Below, one piece after another: positions 27,953 to 41,602 of a DNA stretch of 64,000 nt. Position 1 is the stretch's first letter; each line of letters opens with the position of its first letter. Made by a program: the position numbers and the translations under genes. The stretch is taken from the NCBI RefSeq assembly GCF_006345805.1, contig NC_043015.1, forward strand, positions 22,816,001 through 22,880,000, written 5' to 3'. The notes under the pieces were generated by a model. That model saw only the letters and a program-made list of their open reading frames with translations. It did no database searches and was not told the DNA's origin. The stretch is from Octopus sinensis (Eukaryota).

Positions 27953-28449
27953 ACCCAGAAATCGAAAACAAAGAGTTGCTTATTTGCAAAAAAAAAAAAA
28001 AAAAAAAAGAAATATAAAATGTGACTTCATTGACCGAGGTTACCGTGGTCTTTTCCGTAGGCTTTTCTTTCCACGGGTAAACCTCACCTGTCCTCCCCTT
28101 TACACTTCATATTGACATTTCTGTGATAACGATCCCTATTGATCAATTTTTTTCCCCTCCCCTTTTTTTTTTTTGTGCTCTTTCTCTCCTTTTACGATCC
28201 CTTTTGATCGAAACTCCCCCTTCCTTTTTTTTTTTTTTAAATTTTAAATTTTTTTTTTTTTTTTTTTAAACCTTCAAAAGAAAAGCTCTACCTTGTAATT
28301 TGTTCTATCTGTGTGCAGCCCTGTGTGGCTAATGAAGAAACATATATCAAGACATAGAATGTAAATTTTCATAAGGTACATAATTCATATGACACCGTAT
28401 TTTCCATAGCCATAGTATTTTATAACTAAACGTCTACTAACTTAACCGC

Positions 28450-28607
28450 TATTTTATATTTCTATTTCCATGTCTAGTTATATTTACAATATATTATGTA
28501 TAATGTCTTTGCTGTTATGTAATGGTGTAATAAAGTATTGATTGGGTATTATCTGATGGTTGATGATTGATTGATTTAAGTATGTTTCTCCATTTTCTCA
28601 TTTTGTA
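28450..28607. repeat. right arm of the 158-bp inverted repeat (partner 21634-21791)
   Basis: See the left arm. Confidence 0.9.
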
Positions 28608-28779
28608 TTATTAATTTACGGTAATATTTTTACCCTTGCCCACATAATACAGTAGATGAATTAATTGCACCGCAATTTTTAACATTTACGTATTAGTCTT
28701 GTTGGGTACCTCTCTAGCAGTATATTGGATATATGTTATCCCATGGTGGGTTGAATTATCCCCCTATCTCATTTCATAA

Positions 28780-28830
<51 letters not shown>

Positions 28831-28985
28831 ATATGCCAATATGAAAAACAACATTAAAAAATGGGATAAGAACGCAACAGGAGACGGCAAAACATGCAGA
28901 CAGTTAGATGATACAAAAGGAACAAGAAAAAACAAGGATGGATCATGAATTAGAAACTGGAAAAATGTGGAGCAGTACGTTTTTT

Positions 28986-29131
28986 ATAAGTGCCCTAGGA
29001 AGAGTAACAAAATGGGCTGATTCCTGCCTAACTCAGATACCAGGAAACCCCAAAATGGCAGAAATTCAAAAGATAGTGCTCCTAAAATACTGTCTATGTA
29101 ATCTCAAATTTTAAAACAACTCATAATTTTC
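28986..29131 (+). mobile_element. short 3' fragment of the R4/Dong family at 37.6-42.7 kb
   Basis: cctaactcagataccaggaaaccccaaaatggcagaaattcaaaagatagtgctc is nearly identical to 41310-41367. Confidence 0.9.
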
Positions 29132-29149
29132 TAACGTTTGCTTAAACCT

Positions 29150-29750
29150 TCTCTAGAGTTAAATGCAGTAAGAGCTGGTATGAATTAAATTTATATAAGA
29201 TACCATGGTGGGAGATGGTTAATCCATTCAAAAAAGAAGAATTTACTTTAGAATTGTCAATAAGGAGGGAAATATATTGTCAGTTTATATATTGTAATAG
29301 AATTCATCCAATTGTGTGAAGACATTTTTAGGGAGAAGCGTAGCTTAATCTACCTCTCTAGTTATATATGTAAGTTTGTGACGGAAAGTATTCAAATAGC
29401 TTCAGTGACATCCGTCATTTGAAAGACTGATGTCAATGGTAGATCCAATTAATCCCTGCAGTCTAACAATTGTAAGATATGTTAAAAACAGATCGAACCT
29501 GGGTTAAAATCCTTGCAAAGTAGAGAACTCATTTTTTAGGATCCATGCGTGCCCCGAGGATATTACTGCAAAGCAATTCTTTTCATCAATGTTTTCGACT
29601 TTCGAGTAGGTTGTGTTTCGAAGGCTATTCAGTGGAGAAGTACATAAAATCTAATGTCTTTACTTTAAAACTAGGCGGGGGTTTAGGTCTTACCTAACAT
29701 ATTTCTTGGCTGTTTTAAAATGACATTTGATATTCACAAAATAATTCATT
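29150..29750 (-). mobile_element. possible decayed Penelope-like RT
   Basis: Minus translation shows FYVL..., LTYITRE...LPKNVFTQLDEFYYNI, loosely resembling PLE RT motifs; heavily disrupted. Confidence 0.3.
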
Positions 29751-30378
29751 TGTGAATAATTTTATATTTCTATTTTAAGTCAAATGTCGGAAGAACGCGT
29801 TGCAATAGCGGGAGAAGAGAAGAGAATAATAGCCTTATAATCGTTGCATTTATGTAGGATTCTGCCTGAAAAGAGAAAAATAAGGACACAAAATGCATTA
29901 GCACAGCTTTAAAAACATTATCACTCTTCAAAGCCTTTCGATATAATTTCAATCCTATTATGTTGATGTTTGATATCCCAACAAAAGGGAATCCCTCTTT
30001 TGTTATATCAATAGCAAGATTATGCAGTATACATAATGATGAGAGAAGCTGCAGAAAAGACGGTAATTTCTTGCACAAACCACAGAAAGAATACAAACCT
30101 TTTTCAAAAAGTGTTTGCAAATGATAACACGCATAATTTTAATATTCTATGTACCCGAATTGAAACAAGTTTATCTATTTTAGTTATAAAGCTGTTATAT
30201 AATTTAGACTTGTTAATTAGGTATCACGTGGGAAATTTCGTTCTCTTTCTTATCATAGAATATCAGAATTATTATTCTTTTATCATCGTGCAATATCGCT
30301 TCAATGTTGTTTCATATTAAGCATAATTGGGAATGTATTTAAGAGATATTTCCTTTCTATTTGTGGGATGCATCAACA

Positions 30379-30379
30379 T

Positions 30380-30410
<31 letters not shown>

Positions 30411-30452
30411 TATATATATATAATATATATATTATATATATATTATAATATA

Positions 30453-30538
<86 letters not shown>

Positions 30539-30568
30539 ATATATATGTATGTATATAATATATGTATG

Positions 30569-30614
<46 letters not shown>

Positions 30615-30632
30615 AATATATATATATATATG
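30379..30632. repeat. (TA)n microsatellite
   Basis: Directly visible. Confidence 0.95.
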
Positions 30633-30966
30633 TACACGAGGTCTTCTCCCGTCGGTTTCGTCAAATAAATGGATCTCAAGTTGTTCGATCAACTGAATGA
30701 TGAACCCATTGTGCTAGAGGGTGAAAAGCTGATGCATTCGAATTTAATCTCTCTCACACACACGATCTCTCTCTTTCTCTCTTCGTCTTTCTTCCAATCC
30801 CTTTCTTTCTCTCTCGTTCACTATCACACTCTAAAACACCCTCACGCACAATTTTCTCACTCACTTTCTTCATTCTTCCGTGTTTGTTTCTCTTTATCCC
30901 TCTCTTACTGTGGGTAACACACCCACATACACCCCTCATTATTTCAAAAGCAAAGATCTAAATCAG

Positions 30967-31016
<50 letters not shown>

Positions 31017-31585
31017 TTTTCTTGCACGCATTCACTTCCCATCCTCTTCTAAATCCGTCCCTCCAAATAGTTTTTGAATTTCACCTTGAGGCAGATCGAG
31101 GGTAGGCACTTGAAACATTCCATTATATCTTAGGTCGATCAACAGTCACCCGACAGTAAATCAAAATCTTTTAAATACTATCTATAATTACGTATTGACT
31201 CGAATGGAAAAATGTGTTGCGTAAGAAGGACTTTAGTTTGAAGAATTTTCATGATATTTTAAATTCAGATGTTTTTATTCAATTCATTCAGTGAAACCTA
31301 AATAAATTTTAGAATTAAATGGTTTTGATTTACTGCCAAGTGACCTTTGACAGTGAATTTAATGAAATTAAATACTGATTGAATTGCATTTACCGAATTT
31401 TCAATGACCCGGCGGGTTACCCGCAATATCACTGAATATTTAATTAATTTTCTCTTTAACAGAAGAGAATTCTCGCCTGAGTATGAGGCTGACCACGAGA
31501 GCCCACCATTGCAAATGTCAAATATGCTCGGAATGCAACTGGCGTTCATGTTAGAATGATAATATATATGTATATAAGTACACAA

Positions 31586-31667
<82 letters not shown>

Positions 31668-31936
31668 GCATGCATTCACAGATATAAATGCATACATACA
31701 CACATACATACATATGTGTAAGTGCACGCACACTAACCCACACACATGCGCACAGGTAAACAACAAGAACGCAGCTCGGATAATGGACAATCAACGACCA
31801 TTGAAAAGGTTACAAGACGCAAAGAAATTTGCAGAAAAATAAAGAAGTAAATTAGTAGAAACTGAACCGCTGAGTGTGTTAAATAGTAAGGTACTAAAAG
31901 AGAATGAATCGCCCCAGACAGCAAAATATGCTTCAA

Positions 31937-32238
31937 CACGTGACCGACCAGGCTATCAGATGTTGCTACACATCGCTGGTCGCAATACGCTTCGCATTGC
32001 TTTAGCCTTCAAATGACGCCACCCCGCTGGCTAACCGAGCAGGAGAAAAGGAGAAAGAGTGAGAGAAAGTTGCGGTGAAAGACTACAACAGGGATCGCCA
32101 CCACCCCATGCCGGAGCCTCGTGGAGCTTTTAGGTGTTTTCGCTCTCTAAACACTCACAACGCCCGGTCTCGGAATCGAAATCGTGATCCTACGACCGCG
32201 AGTCGGCTGCCCTAACCACTGGACCATTGCGCCTCCAC
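31937..32238 (-). mobile_element. tRNA-derived SINE, near full length
   Basis: Minus strand gtggaggcgcaatggtccagtggttagggc (A box) ... tttcgattcc (B box), then body ending ggtcggtcacgtg. Confidence 0.85.
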
Positions 32239-32569
32239 ACACACATATTTATATATGTATACATATATATATATATAAGTGTATATGGAAAAACTGTGTT
32301 ATATGTGATACTATTAGAAATAGTGTCTATGGAAATGACTTGAATGCTTATTCTTACGACACTGTACTAATTCGATGTAATTTTCTGGAATACAAATACC
32401 TCGACAAATTTAATGACTCTTATCTTGTGATATTGATAAATATCTTCTACTTATATCAATTTTTATACAATTGTTTACCTAATTTCGTCATAAATAAAAC
32501 CAATTCTTCTGAAATCTGAAATCTGAAAAAATCTATAACGCCCAAGTTATATTTTTTTTGTCTTAATAC

Positions 32570-33190
32570 TAAATTTGAAAATGTTCGAGGCAGATCCAGC
32601 TAGCTTCATGGGACATTTTCTAAGTAAGAATGAGTGTTGGGTTCATAACTGCAAACAAGAGAGAAAGAGACAATTTATGAAAGTGAAGCTCTCTTCTTCT
32701 CCTGCTCCAAAGAAGAGCAAAATGGTCAAGGTCGTATCATTATGCTTATTGATTATCCTCAAAACGGTGACATCAACAATAGAGAGCTGTACGCCATCTT
32801 GGTGAGGTAGTTATGAAAGGCTGTCAAAACTATACGCTCAGGGAATCCGCCGAAAGGGGGCCTGTTTCGTTAAGACAACGTTCCATCAAACAAGTCATTG
32901 GTTTCAATGGTTGCAGTGGGTGAGTTTGGTTTTGAAATGACTGCTCACATTTCCTATCTCCATCTGGCTATCATCTTTTCCCCCAGCATGTAAAACCATT
33001 TGACTGGAAATCAATACTGCAGTGACGATGACTCCTTATCTGATTTTGATTTTTTCACCATCTAGATGAAAGTACTGCAATACCGATAGGAGTGTGTGTA
33101 CTGCAGGGGATCATGTTGAAAATAAACTTAATTGGGTCACATTCTATGGGTTTATATTGGTCAGCCTGTGTACTAATCAGCCGGCTCTCT
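32570..33190 (+). mobile_element. decayed mariner transposase, 3' half
   Basis: FEADPASF...ECWVHN...ERKRQ...SSPAPKKSK, IMLIDY, DNVP, and a GDHVE terminus; TIR-like end near 33170-33190. Confidence 0.8.
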
Positions 33191-33239
33191 TATAACATTT
33201 TTAGCATTTTTTGCCCGAAGGCATGTTGTAAAGTATACT

Positions 33240-34450
33240 CATTTATACATGGAACAAATATATTGGGTTAACATATTGGGGGGTTTAATGTTTAATACTA
33301 AGATATCATTTAACTGTGTAAATGTTTTATGGGTACGCAGTAATGTTGACAGCCCAGCGTCATCGTCGTTACAAATATTCTTTGCTGTGACCATTACATT
33401 AAGTGATCGCGTTTCTCCGAATTGTTTATAGGTTTGGTATATGACGGTTTTGATTTTTTGTACTTGATATTTTTCCTCGCTTTTTTCTTTGTTTGAAATG
33501 CAATGCACTTTCGTACTTAGGGGAAAATATTATTCCAGTCAAACATTATTTTGAAGGAACTTAAAATCCCTCAAATATGAATTATGTTATTTTACTACTT
33601 GTCTGCAGTCCTGAAACTCTCAGAGGAAGCCCTATGTTTCTTTCGTGTTTGTAAAATGTGTATTAATTCTCTTAGAACTGCAAAGCTAGCGAGAGACACA
33701 TTTTTGATAATTTTGTGTCTAGTAAAAATGTCCTTATTATTTACTATTTCGCAAAATGTATGTGGTTGTTTCATTGAATTCATTTTCTTTCGATTTTGTT
33801 TGCACTCTGTGTTACTGTTACTACTTAAGCCCTTCGCTCCATTTAGGGATTTGGCCGTCCACAAGTTTTCTCCCCTTTACTCCACTCCGGGTTGTTGTAC
33901 CGTTGCTCTGCAGTTGGATCTCTGCTCATTCCTCTCGACGTCAATATCACACCGCCAGGTATTTTTAGCGCATCCTCTCTTTCGCCTCAACTTGTGGATT
34001 CTATTCAACGTTACGCTAAGTGAAAGTTGTTACTCTCCCGGGTTTGTTGGTTTTGAATTGTTATAAAATTTGCTTTATTTTTCTTCGAAGCAATGATTGC
34101 CTTACGCAAAGCCATTTCCACCACTGGTATGAGGATTCCTTATTAGTCTATCCTCTGACTTTGGCTTGCCCACTATGGCAGATATTAACATGAGTATAAT
34201 TTACATTGATGTAGCTCTCAGATTAGTAACCAATAGTAGCCAATATCAGAATGCTTTTCGCCGTGGAATTCCCTAAGCTGAAACTTTAGAAGATATTTCC
34301 TGTGCTTTCTCGACGACACAAGTTTACTATCAATGTCTTATATTTTATTAGCTTTATTTCTGTGTTTTCTTTCTTCTGGTACTGAAATCAATGGAAATTG
34401 CAAAACCCATTTCTTTTTTTTTTTACCTTATAATAGCATTGGCCAAATGC
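33240..34450 (-). mobile_element. decayed RTE-like LINE RT region
   Basis: Minus translation K.PG..D, PEWSKG, IPK, VTVTQSANKI and VLRELI loosely follow RTE RT domains 0-2. Confidence 0.45.
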
Positions 34451-35448
34451 TGAAATCCAGTCACGTTGAATGTAAAATCGAAGGCCGTAGAAACAACTTA
34501 TAAGAAATAAGGAAAATTAAAAGAAAATATTTCTGGAATGAAATGAATGTTAAAAGCGCCGATAGCGAGTAATAGAAATGGAGATGGGGAGAATAGGAAA
34601 CAAAATCTACAGAAATACGAAATATCTACTTCAAAATGTCACTGAAAACAAGGAAGACAGAGTAAAAATGATAGTCATTAAATCTGCAAAAACTCTGTTC
34701 ATACAAGCAGCATCGCAACTTCTTCCTACTAAATAAACACATTTTCTTGCTTTTTCAAACCTTGTCCATATTACAGTAAATAACACAAACAACAAGAGAA
34801 TTAGCAGATCATTTAGGAGCATAGATATAAATAAATACGGGTGAATATCCTGAAGTGTGTAAGCTTAAAATGAACCCAACGCATTTTTCGTTTTCGAGGC
34901 ACAACATTAAACCGTTCTCAATGAAAACAATAAACAGCATATATAGAAACAAAGCAGAGAACATGGTTTCTGGAATATTTAACAGAACAATCAATCACGT
35001 GTTTGCTGGCAGCCCGGTTTAATCTAGCACAATATATAATGAAATATAACATTGTCGATAGGTTTCTTACACTGGAAAAATGACATCGGCAGACATAAAA
35101 AGGTATGAAACGAACGCCCATGCACTACATAAATCTCTGAGAATGGAAAAACGACAATGTGTGATACACTGATTAATAGAGAGGGGGAGAGAGACTGGGA
35201 AGAGTGAAAAGCACAGCAAGACAAAGAGGGACGAATGGTGGGTTCATTTTTACATTTCCCCGTGTATTACTCTCCAAACCTATCAGCAAACATACATTTC
35301 CTAATCAATGGATCATCAGCAATGAATGAACATTCATTTCGTGAAGATAAATGAGAAATTAGCCAAAAACAGAACAATATGGAAATAAAGATAACAAGAC
35401 GAAAAGGAGTTGAAGGCAATGCTGTAAATAATATAGCCTTCTGGTATA

Positions 35449-35449
<1 letters not shown>

Positions 35450-35493
<44 letters not shown>

Positions 35494-35553
35494 AACTACT
35501 ACTACTACTCATAGTAATATTAATAACAACAACTATAGTAATAATAGTAATAA

Positions 35554-35595
<42 letters not shown>
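35450..35595. repeat. (CTA)n/(TAA)n tract
   Basis: Directly visible. Confidence 0.95.
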
Positions 35596-35596
35596 T

Positions 35597-36126
35597 GCAG
35601 TACCAGGCAGTGGCTCTCATGGCTTCTGATCTTAATGACTGGAAGTGTTATCATGTACATTGTTTTGTCTTGGTATAAAAGATGGGCTACAGCAAATATT
35701 CTGCTCAATACCACAGGTTTGCTTGTCAGTTGTTTACTTAACCAGTTGAGCATGTCCCTTAGTGGCTGACGATATGCATCTCTGATCACGAGCAGAAGTA
35801 GTGGGGGAGCATCTGGCCATGTGTTGAGAGGGATTCTTGGAGTTTGAATGGTTCACCTCTGGAACATAGGTGTTTCGTTCAACATCCTAAAGCAACCCTA
35901 TTCAGACCGTTTGAGCAGGATGGGCTACTCAACCTAAGAAAATTCTAACTGGGCCCCACCTGCAAGGTCATGTGTTGTTTATCTTGATATGAATCACCAT
36001 GTCGCGCACATATGGTTGTTGCATGTGCCTGGTGTACCTTTATCAGACGGTAGTCATGATGGGTATATTGGGCTTCGTATATTTTACCCCAGTGTCACTT
36101 TGATGGCATGAACTGCTCTCTCACTC
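35597..36126 (+). mobile_element. about 530-bp non-coding element embedded in (TAA)n
   Basis: More GC-rich block gcagtaccaggcagtgg...ctgctctctcactc flanked by TAA repeats on both sides; resembles an abundant octopus repeat (recalled); no ORF. Confidence 0.7.
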
Positions 36127-36159
36127 AATAATAATAATAATAATAATAATAATAATTAA

Positions 36160-36295
36160 AAGATTTTTCTCCTGATTGATGTTGCAACATAGCCGACAAA
36201 AACTAATCACAGGAAAACGTTTGAAAAACTGAGCAAATATAAGAACCTGGAGATTGAAATCCAGAATGTGGCATCTCAAAGCAACAACAGAAGCT
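36160..36295 (+). mobile_element. R4/Dong-like REL fragment
   Basis: FLLIDVA...FEKLSKYKNLEIEI; begins right after a (TAA)n tract. Confidence 0.8.
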
Positions 36296-36599
36296 GTTAC
36301 CTAAAAGACTAGATACCCAACAGAAAAAACATAACTCGTTTTCGCCCCAACACGCATCGCAAACACTAATACAACAAAAACCCACTTTACACACCATAAT
36401 AAAACAAAGTGAAACGATACAATACCGGGAAGAGTTTACACTCAACTAACAACAAAAATGAACACACAATGTTGCACACTCCTCAGCAACACAGAAATGT
36501 AGCGAGTGATGAAGGAGAAAATTGCCAGAAACTACCCAATGTATAATAATAATACTAATACTACTACTACTACTAATAATAATAATAATAATACTAATC

Positions 36600-36631
<32 letters not shown>

Positions 36632-37435
36632 TAGAAGCTGGACGTGTTTTTCGTTGCTCTGACCAACCCAGCGTGACAACGGAAAAACTGGAAGATCTAC
36701 TGTTTTCTGTGAGTAATTTGAATTTCCCTCAAAATAAGCTAAGGAACTTACATATCTACAGCTTTGCACATACAAGCGAACACCTAACAAAGAATTTAGA
36801 ATCATAAATATCTCCAATTTTGTGTGAACAGTCTGCCGTCCCTTCTTTGCCTTTTATTGTAACAACACAATTAAATGCACGATAAAAAAAAACTATGGAA
36901 GTAAGCGTATGCCAATATATATACACTGCACAACTACAAAAACTGTAAACCACAGCATATCTTTTAAAAAGGAAAGAACAAATTCTTTCATTTTCTTTTC
37001 TGAGCATTCGAAAATGTAAACATTCTTCCCTTTGCAAAAATCTTTTTTTTTCCAAATGTACATCTCAAGAATACTTAAAAACTTTAATATATTACCCAAA
37101 CACGTAAACACGTAAACTTTTATTGCAACAACACAATTGAACTCAGAAATTAGAAAAAAACAAAAAAGCATCGGCGTGAATATCAGAAAATATGCGTGTG
37201 TGAATATACATGTACATATACATATGTGTATGGGTATATGTATATTGCTGGATTGCTTTTCAAGATAACGCTGGTACTAGTAAACAGATTTGACCTCTCC
37301 CTGACCCAAAATGTCCTTTGCCCACCATCTGATGAATCTATTTATAGAACATGACCACTTTACCGTGGCGATGGTGATGGCGATGGGAATAATAATAATA
37401 AGCTACCGCTGTGACTACACATAAAACAATGTCAT

Positions 37436-37474
<39 letters not shown>

Positions 37475-37559
37475 CGACGGTGATGATGATAATTCTTATT
37501 TTTGTTCGTTTATTTTTTTTTCTCGTATTTTATTCTCATTTTTTCGAACTAATACAGGC

Positions 37560-40500
37560 AGAGTGGACCTTTCATAGGTTAAAAAAGAAATGAATAAATA
37601 AATAAAAAGAAGAAGGGAAAACTATGCCCGGAGATAAAACTATCAACAAAAAAAATACAGACGAATACAGATCTGCTAGCCTTAAGAAGCTGCGCTACGA
37701 ACAACGTTTACGTGCAGAGAATCCTAAACTGACAGATCCGTCTCTTAATGTAAGAGTCGAAGCTCGTCATGCTTCAATGTCAACAAAACAACCCACAGTC
37801 CGCGAAGGTCGGCGAGCGCACTACAAAAGACCACGTACCCGAAAATTGAACCAAAGTCTGATTGAAAAATCAGCTACTGGAGCAAATCTTCACGACACAC
37901 AGGAGCTGGACGTACCCCGCAACTGGAATATTCCAACAGATGGCCATCCATGCTCGTCACCAAACACTCAAAAGAAAAAGAAGGAAAAATGGACTAGGGA
38001 AGATAATAAAGAAGTTCTTGCGGCCTTCTACCATGCCATATATTTCCCCACAGATAAATCGAACACTATACAAACCTACATAAACTGGAGACAGAAACAC
38101 CCTGAAGTAAGACCCTACATAGACAGTAACAAACTTGCCAACGTCAGAAGAAACATTATAAAAAAAAATTTTACTGACTGAAGTAGAGATTGATCAAATT
38201 AGACAAGCAGTAACGGATAGAATGAACGAAGCTGCAGCTAGAGAAGATAATACAGAGGAAATAATTATAGACCAGCTCAGAGCTAATAAAAATGAAGTAA
38301 GGATTGAAAGAGTTACTATAAATGATAGGCAAAGTGAAATACTCCCTGAACCAATCATAAACACTAAGACAGATGAACATCAAATAGATGAAGAAAGTCA
38401 CACAAATATTGACCCGACAGAACTACATGAGCTAAAAAGTCAAATCATGATTGAATGGCTGAAAATTAAAGAAACCAGTATGGATGAACGTGATACACCC
38501 CCTAAAATCCGCAACTCTAACCAAAACATGAAAATAATTGGTAAAACCCGGCTTGTACTTAAGGATATAATTTCAGCTAATGATGTTGATATCACAGATC
38601 TCAACCACCTATACTATGCCTCCGCGAAAATCTCAACGATCCTATGTGGTGAAAAGATTAGAAAACGGCAAATTTCCACAAAAAGCCTTCTTGGCAAGAG
38701 CGTTTGCAACAACAAATTAAACTATTTGGATCTGAACATTGAATATTTGAAAAACCTTAAGGTTCATAAGACTACCAAACCTATAAAAACCCCAAAACTA
38801 ATGAAAACATATAATATGAAAACTATACTTGATATTGATGCCACCATAGAAACCATCAAGCAAAAGGTATCTGCTAAAGCTGCCCGCATAGCGAGGTATG
38901 AAAAGCGTGTTAGATTCTTCAGGGACAACAACATGTTCAAAAATAACCCAAAAAATTTTTACAAGAAGATAGGAAAAAAAACAGTTACTGTAAAGTATGT
39001 ACCATCAAAAGAAGAAGTGCAGGGATTTTGGAATAAAATTTGGGCAGAAGAAAAAAAACACAGCGAAAAGGCCCCCTGGATTGATAGAATATCTAAAGAA
39101 CTGGACTCCTTAGAAGAGCAAAAGTGGGAAGGTGTCAAGGTAGAAGATACAAGATCTGCTCTCAGGAGGTCAAGCAAATGGAAGTCTCCAGGAAAGGATA
39201 AAATACCTAACTTTTGGTTGAATGCCTTCCAGAGAGCCATGAACTGCTAACATAACTTTACAATGATGTTTTGCAACACCCTAGTAGGATGCCTCCTTGG
39301 CTAGTTAATGGGTTAACATTCCTGCTTCCAAAAATTGAAGACACAAATGAACCAAAAAACTATAGACCCATAACCTGCTTAACTACTATGTATAAAACAC
39401 TAGGAATATACCTATAGTTTTTTGACAGACAGCAGCATATTCCCTAATGAACAGAAAGGATGTAAACGTGGATCCTACGGTTGTAGAAATCAACAACTCA
39501 TCAATAAGATTATCTTAGAAGATTGTCACAAACGACACAAAAACTTATCAATAGCTTTTGATAGCCTACCACATAGCTGGATTAAGAAATGCCTAGAAAT
39601 GTATAAGATAGCACCTGCTCTGCGAAACTGTTTGTCTGTAAGTATGAGATCATGGAGAACCACACTAACTTTGAACAGTGACAATGAATCTCTAAATGCT
39701 GGTGATGTAAACATTTCATGTGGCATTTTCCAGGGTGAGTCACTATCACCACTCCTCTTCTGTTTAGCCTTAATACCTCTCTCAAAACTGCTCAATGACG
39801 CGTAGTACGGATATAAAATGTTTGACAAAAATATAAATCATCTCTTTTACATGGATGATTTAAAGCTCTTTGCAAAAAATGACCAACAACTCAAGGGCTT
39901 ACTAGCGATTGTCAAACAATTTAGTGATGACATCAGAATGCAATTTGGCCTCGATAAGTGTGCAAAAGCAATCTTTATCAAAGGAAAAAATGACAGAAAC
40001 ATCTAACGTTAACCTTGACCAGCAGAATGTCATAAAAGAATTAGACCCAGCAGAGAACTACAAGTATCTAGGGGTAATAGAATGAGAAGGAATAAGGCAT
40101 TCAGAGATGAAGGAAAGGATCAGGAGAGAATGTTATCGCAGAGTAAGAGCAATACTCAAGACAGAGCTGAATGCAAGAAACAGGATCGAAGCGATCAATG
40201 CATTAGCCATACCAGTTGTGACTTACAGTTTCAATATCGTTAACTGGTCAATTACTGAAATATGTAATCTTGACAGAAAAATACGAAAACTGTTGACAAT
40301 GCATAGAATGCACCACTCTAAGGCAGATACAGAACGACTTTATCTGCCAAGAAAAGAGGGAGGCCGTGGACTTTTACAACTGGCAATAACAATGAAGTTT
40401 ACTACAATTGGCCTAGACACCTACCTGAAAAGCTCTGAGGACTGGATGTTAAAACTTGTCTCAAAACATGAAAACAAGAAAGCATCATACTCAGTAACAA

Positions 40501-41602
40501 AACAGGCAAAGGAATATATAAGTGAATTCCGAATTCAACAAATTTCGGAATTAGAGATAGACATACAAGAAACAGGCACAGAAAAAGCTAAGCGCATGAA
40601 AACCCGTGCTAAATCTGCGGCCTTAGATATTCTGAATGATAAATGGCAAGAAAAACCTCTCTATGGCAAATACCCAAAAAAGAACAAATAATGCTGATAT
40701 TGACAAAGCCCTCACCCATCAATGGCTAATGGCCTCTGGCTTAAAATCTGAAACAGAGGGGTTTATCATAGAAGCTCAAGATCAATGCCTACCAACAAGA
40801 AACTACCAGCCAACATATTAAAGATCAGAAGCAGTCCAACGTGTCGTGTATGCCAGCAACAAAATGAAACCATTGACCATGTGGTCTCCAAATGCAGTCT
40901 TCTAGTGCCTTCAGAGTATCTCAACAGACACAATAGAGCTGCACAATCTATTCACTGGGTAATCTGCAAAAACCTGGATTTGCCCCATGAAAAAACTGGT
41001 GGGAACACAAACCACCCCCAGTGCTTGAAAATGACCACATCTCACTCCTCTGGAACTTCACCATTCAAACTGACAGAAAGATAGATGCAAATAGGCCAGA
41101 CATCATATTGAAAAACTTCAAACAAAGAACATGCCTCCTCATTGATATGACTGTCCCAATCGATATAAACGTATCTGTCAAGACCTACCAAAAACTGAGC
41201 AAAGATAAAGATCTTGAAATAGAAATCAGCAAAATGTGGAAGCTGAAGACTAAAACAATACCTGTTGTCATAGGTGCCCTGGGAATGATAGCAAAAGGGG
41301 CTGATAGCTACCTAACTCAGATACCAGGAAACACCCAAATGGCAGAAATTCAAAAGATAGTGCTCATGGGACTGCTCATATCCTACGCAAAATACTCTGT
41401 ATGTTTAAAACAAACATAATTTTCGGTTTTTTAAAAAAATTTTTTTTTTAGACATTCATTAGTACAACACCAAAAACTCCCCCCCACCAAATATATGGCG
41501 CACTAGGCATAACAACAACATGAACTTCCTACCTGTTGTCTCTTAATGTCTCTGGGTGAGACTTGGAGCCAACTTGTACAAATATAAAGCAAGTCAAACA
41601 TA

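Larger units (their letters stand above)
22450..28341 (+). mobile_element. full-length Tx1-like (L1 clade) LINE, copy 2
   Basis: ORF1 with CCHC knuckle, ORF2 with APE-RT-zinc finger, T-rich 3'UTR ending ctaatgaagaaa. Confidence 0.95.

Noticed and set aside
31937-32238. tRNA gene
   Set aside because: A/B boxes are present but the cloverleaf is incomplete and continues into a SINE body.
37325-37365. CUGAUGA-AUCUA-UUUA-UAGA hammerhead-like motif upstream of the Dong element
   Set aside because: GAA is missing and stem I does not pair, so it cannot be supported as a 5' ribozyme of the element.
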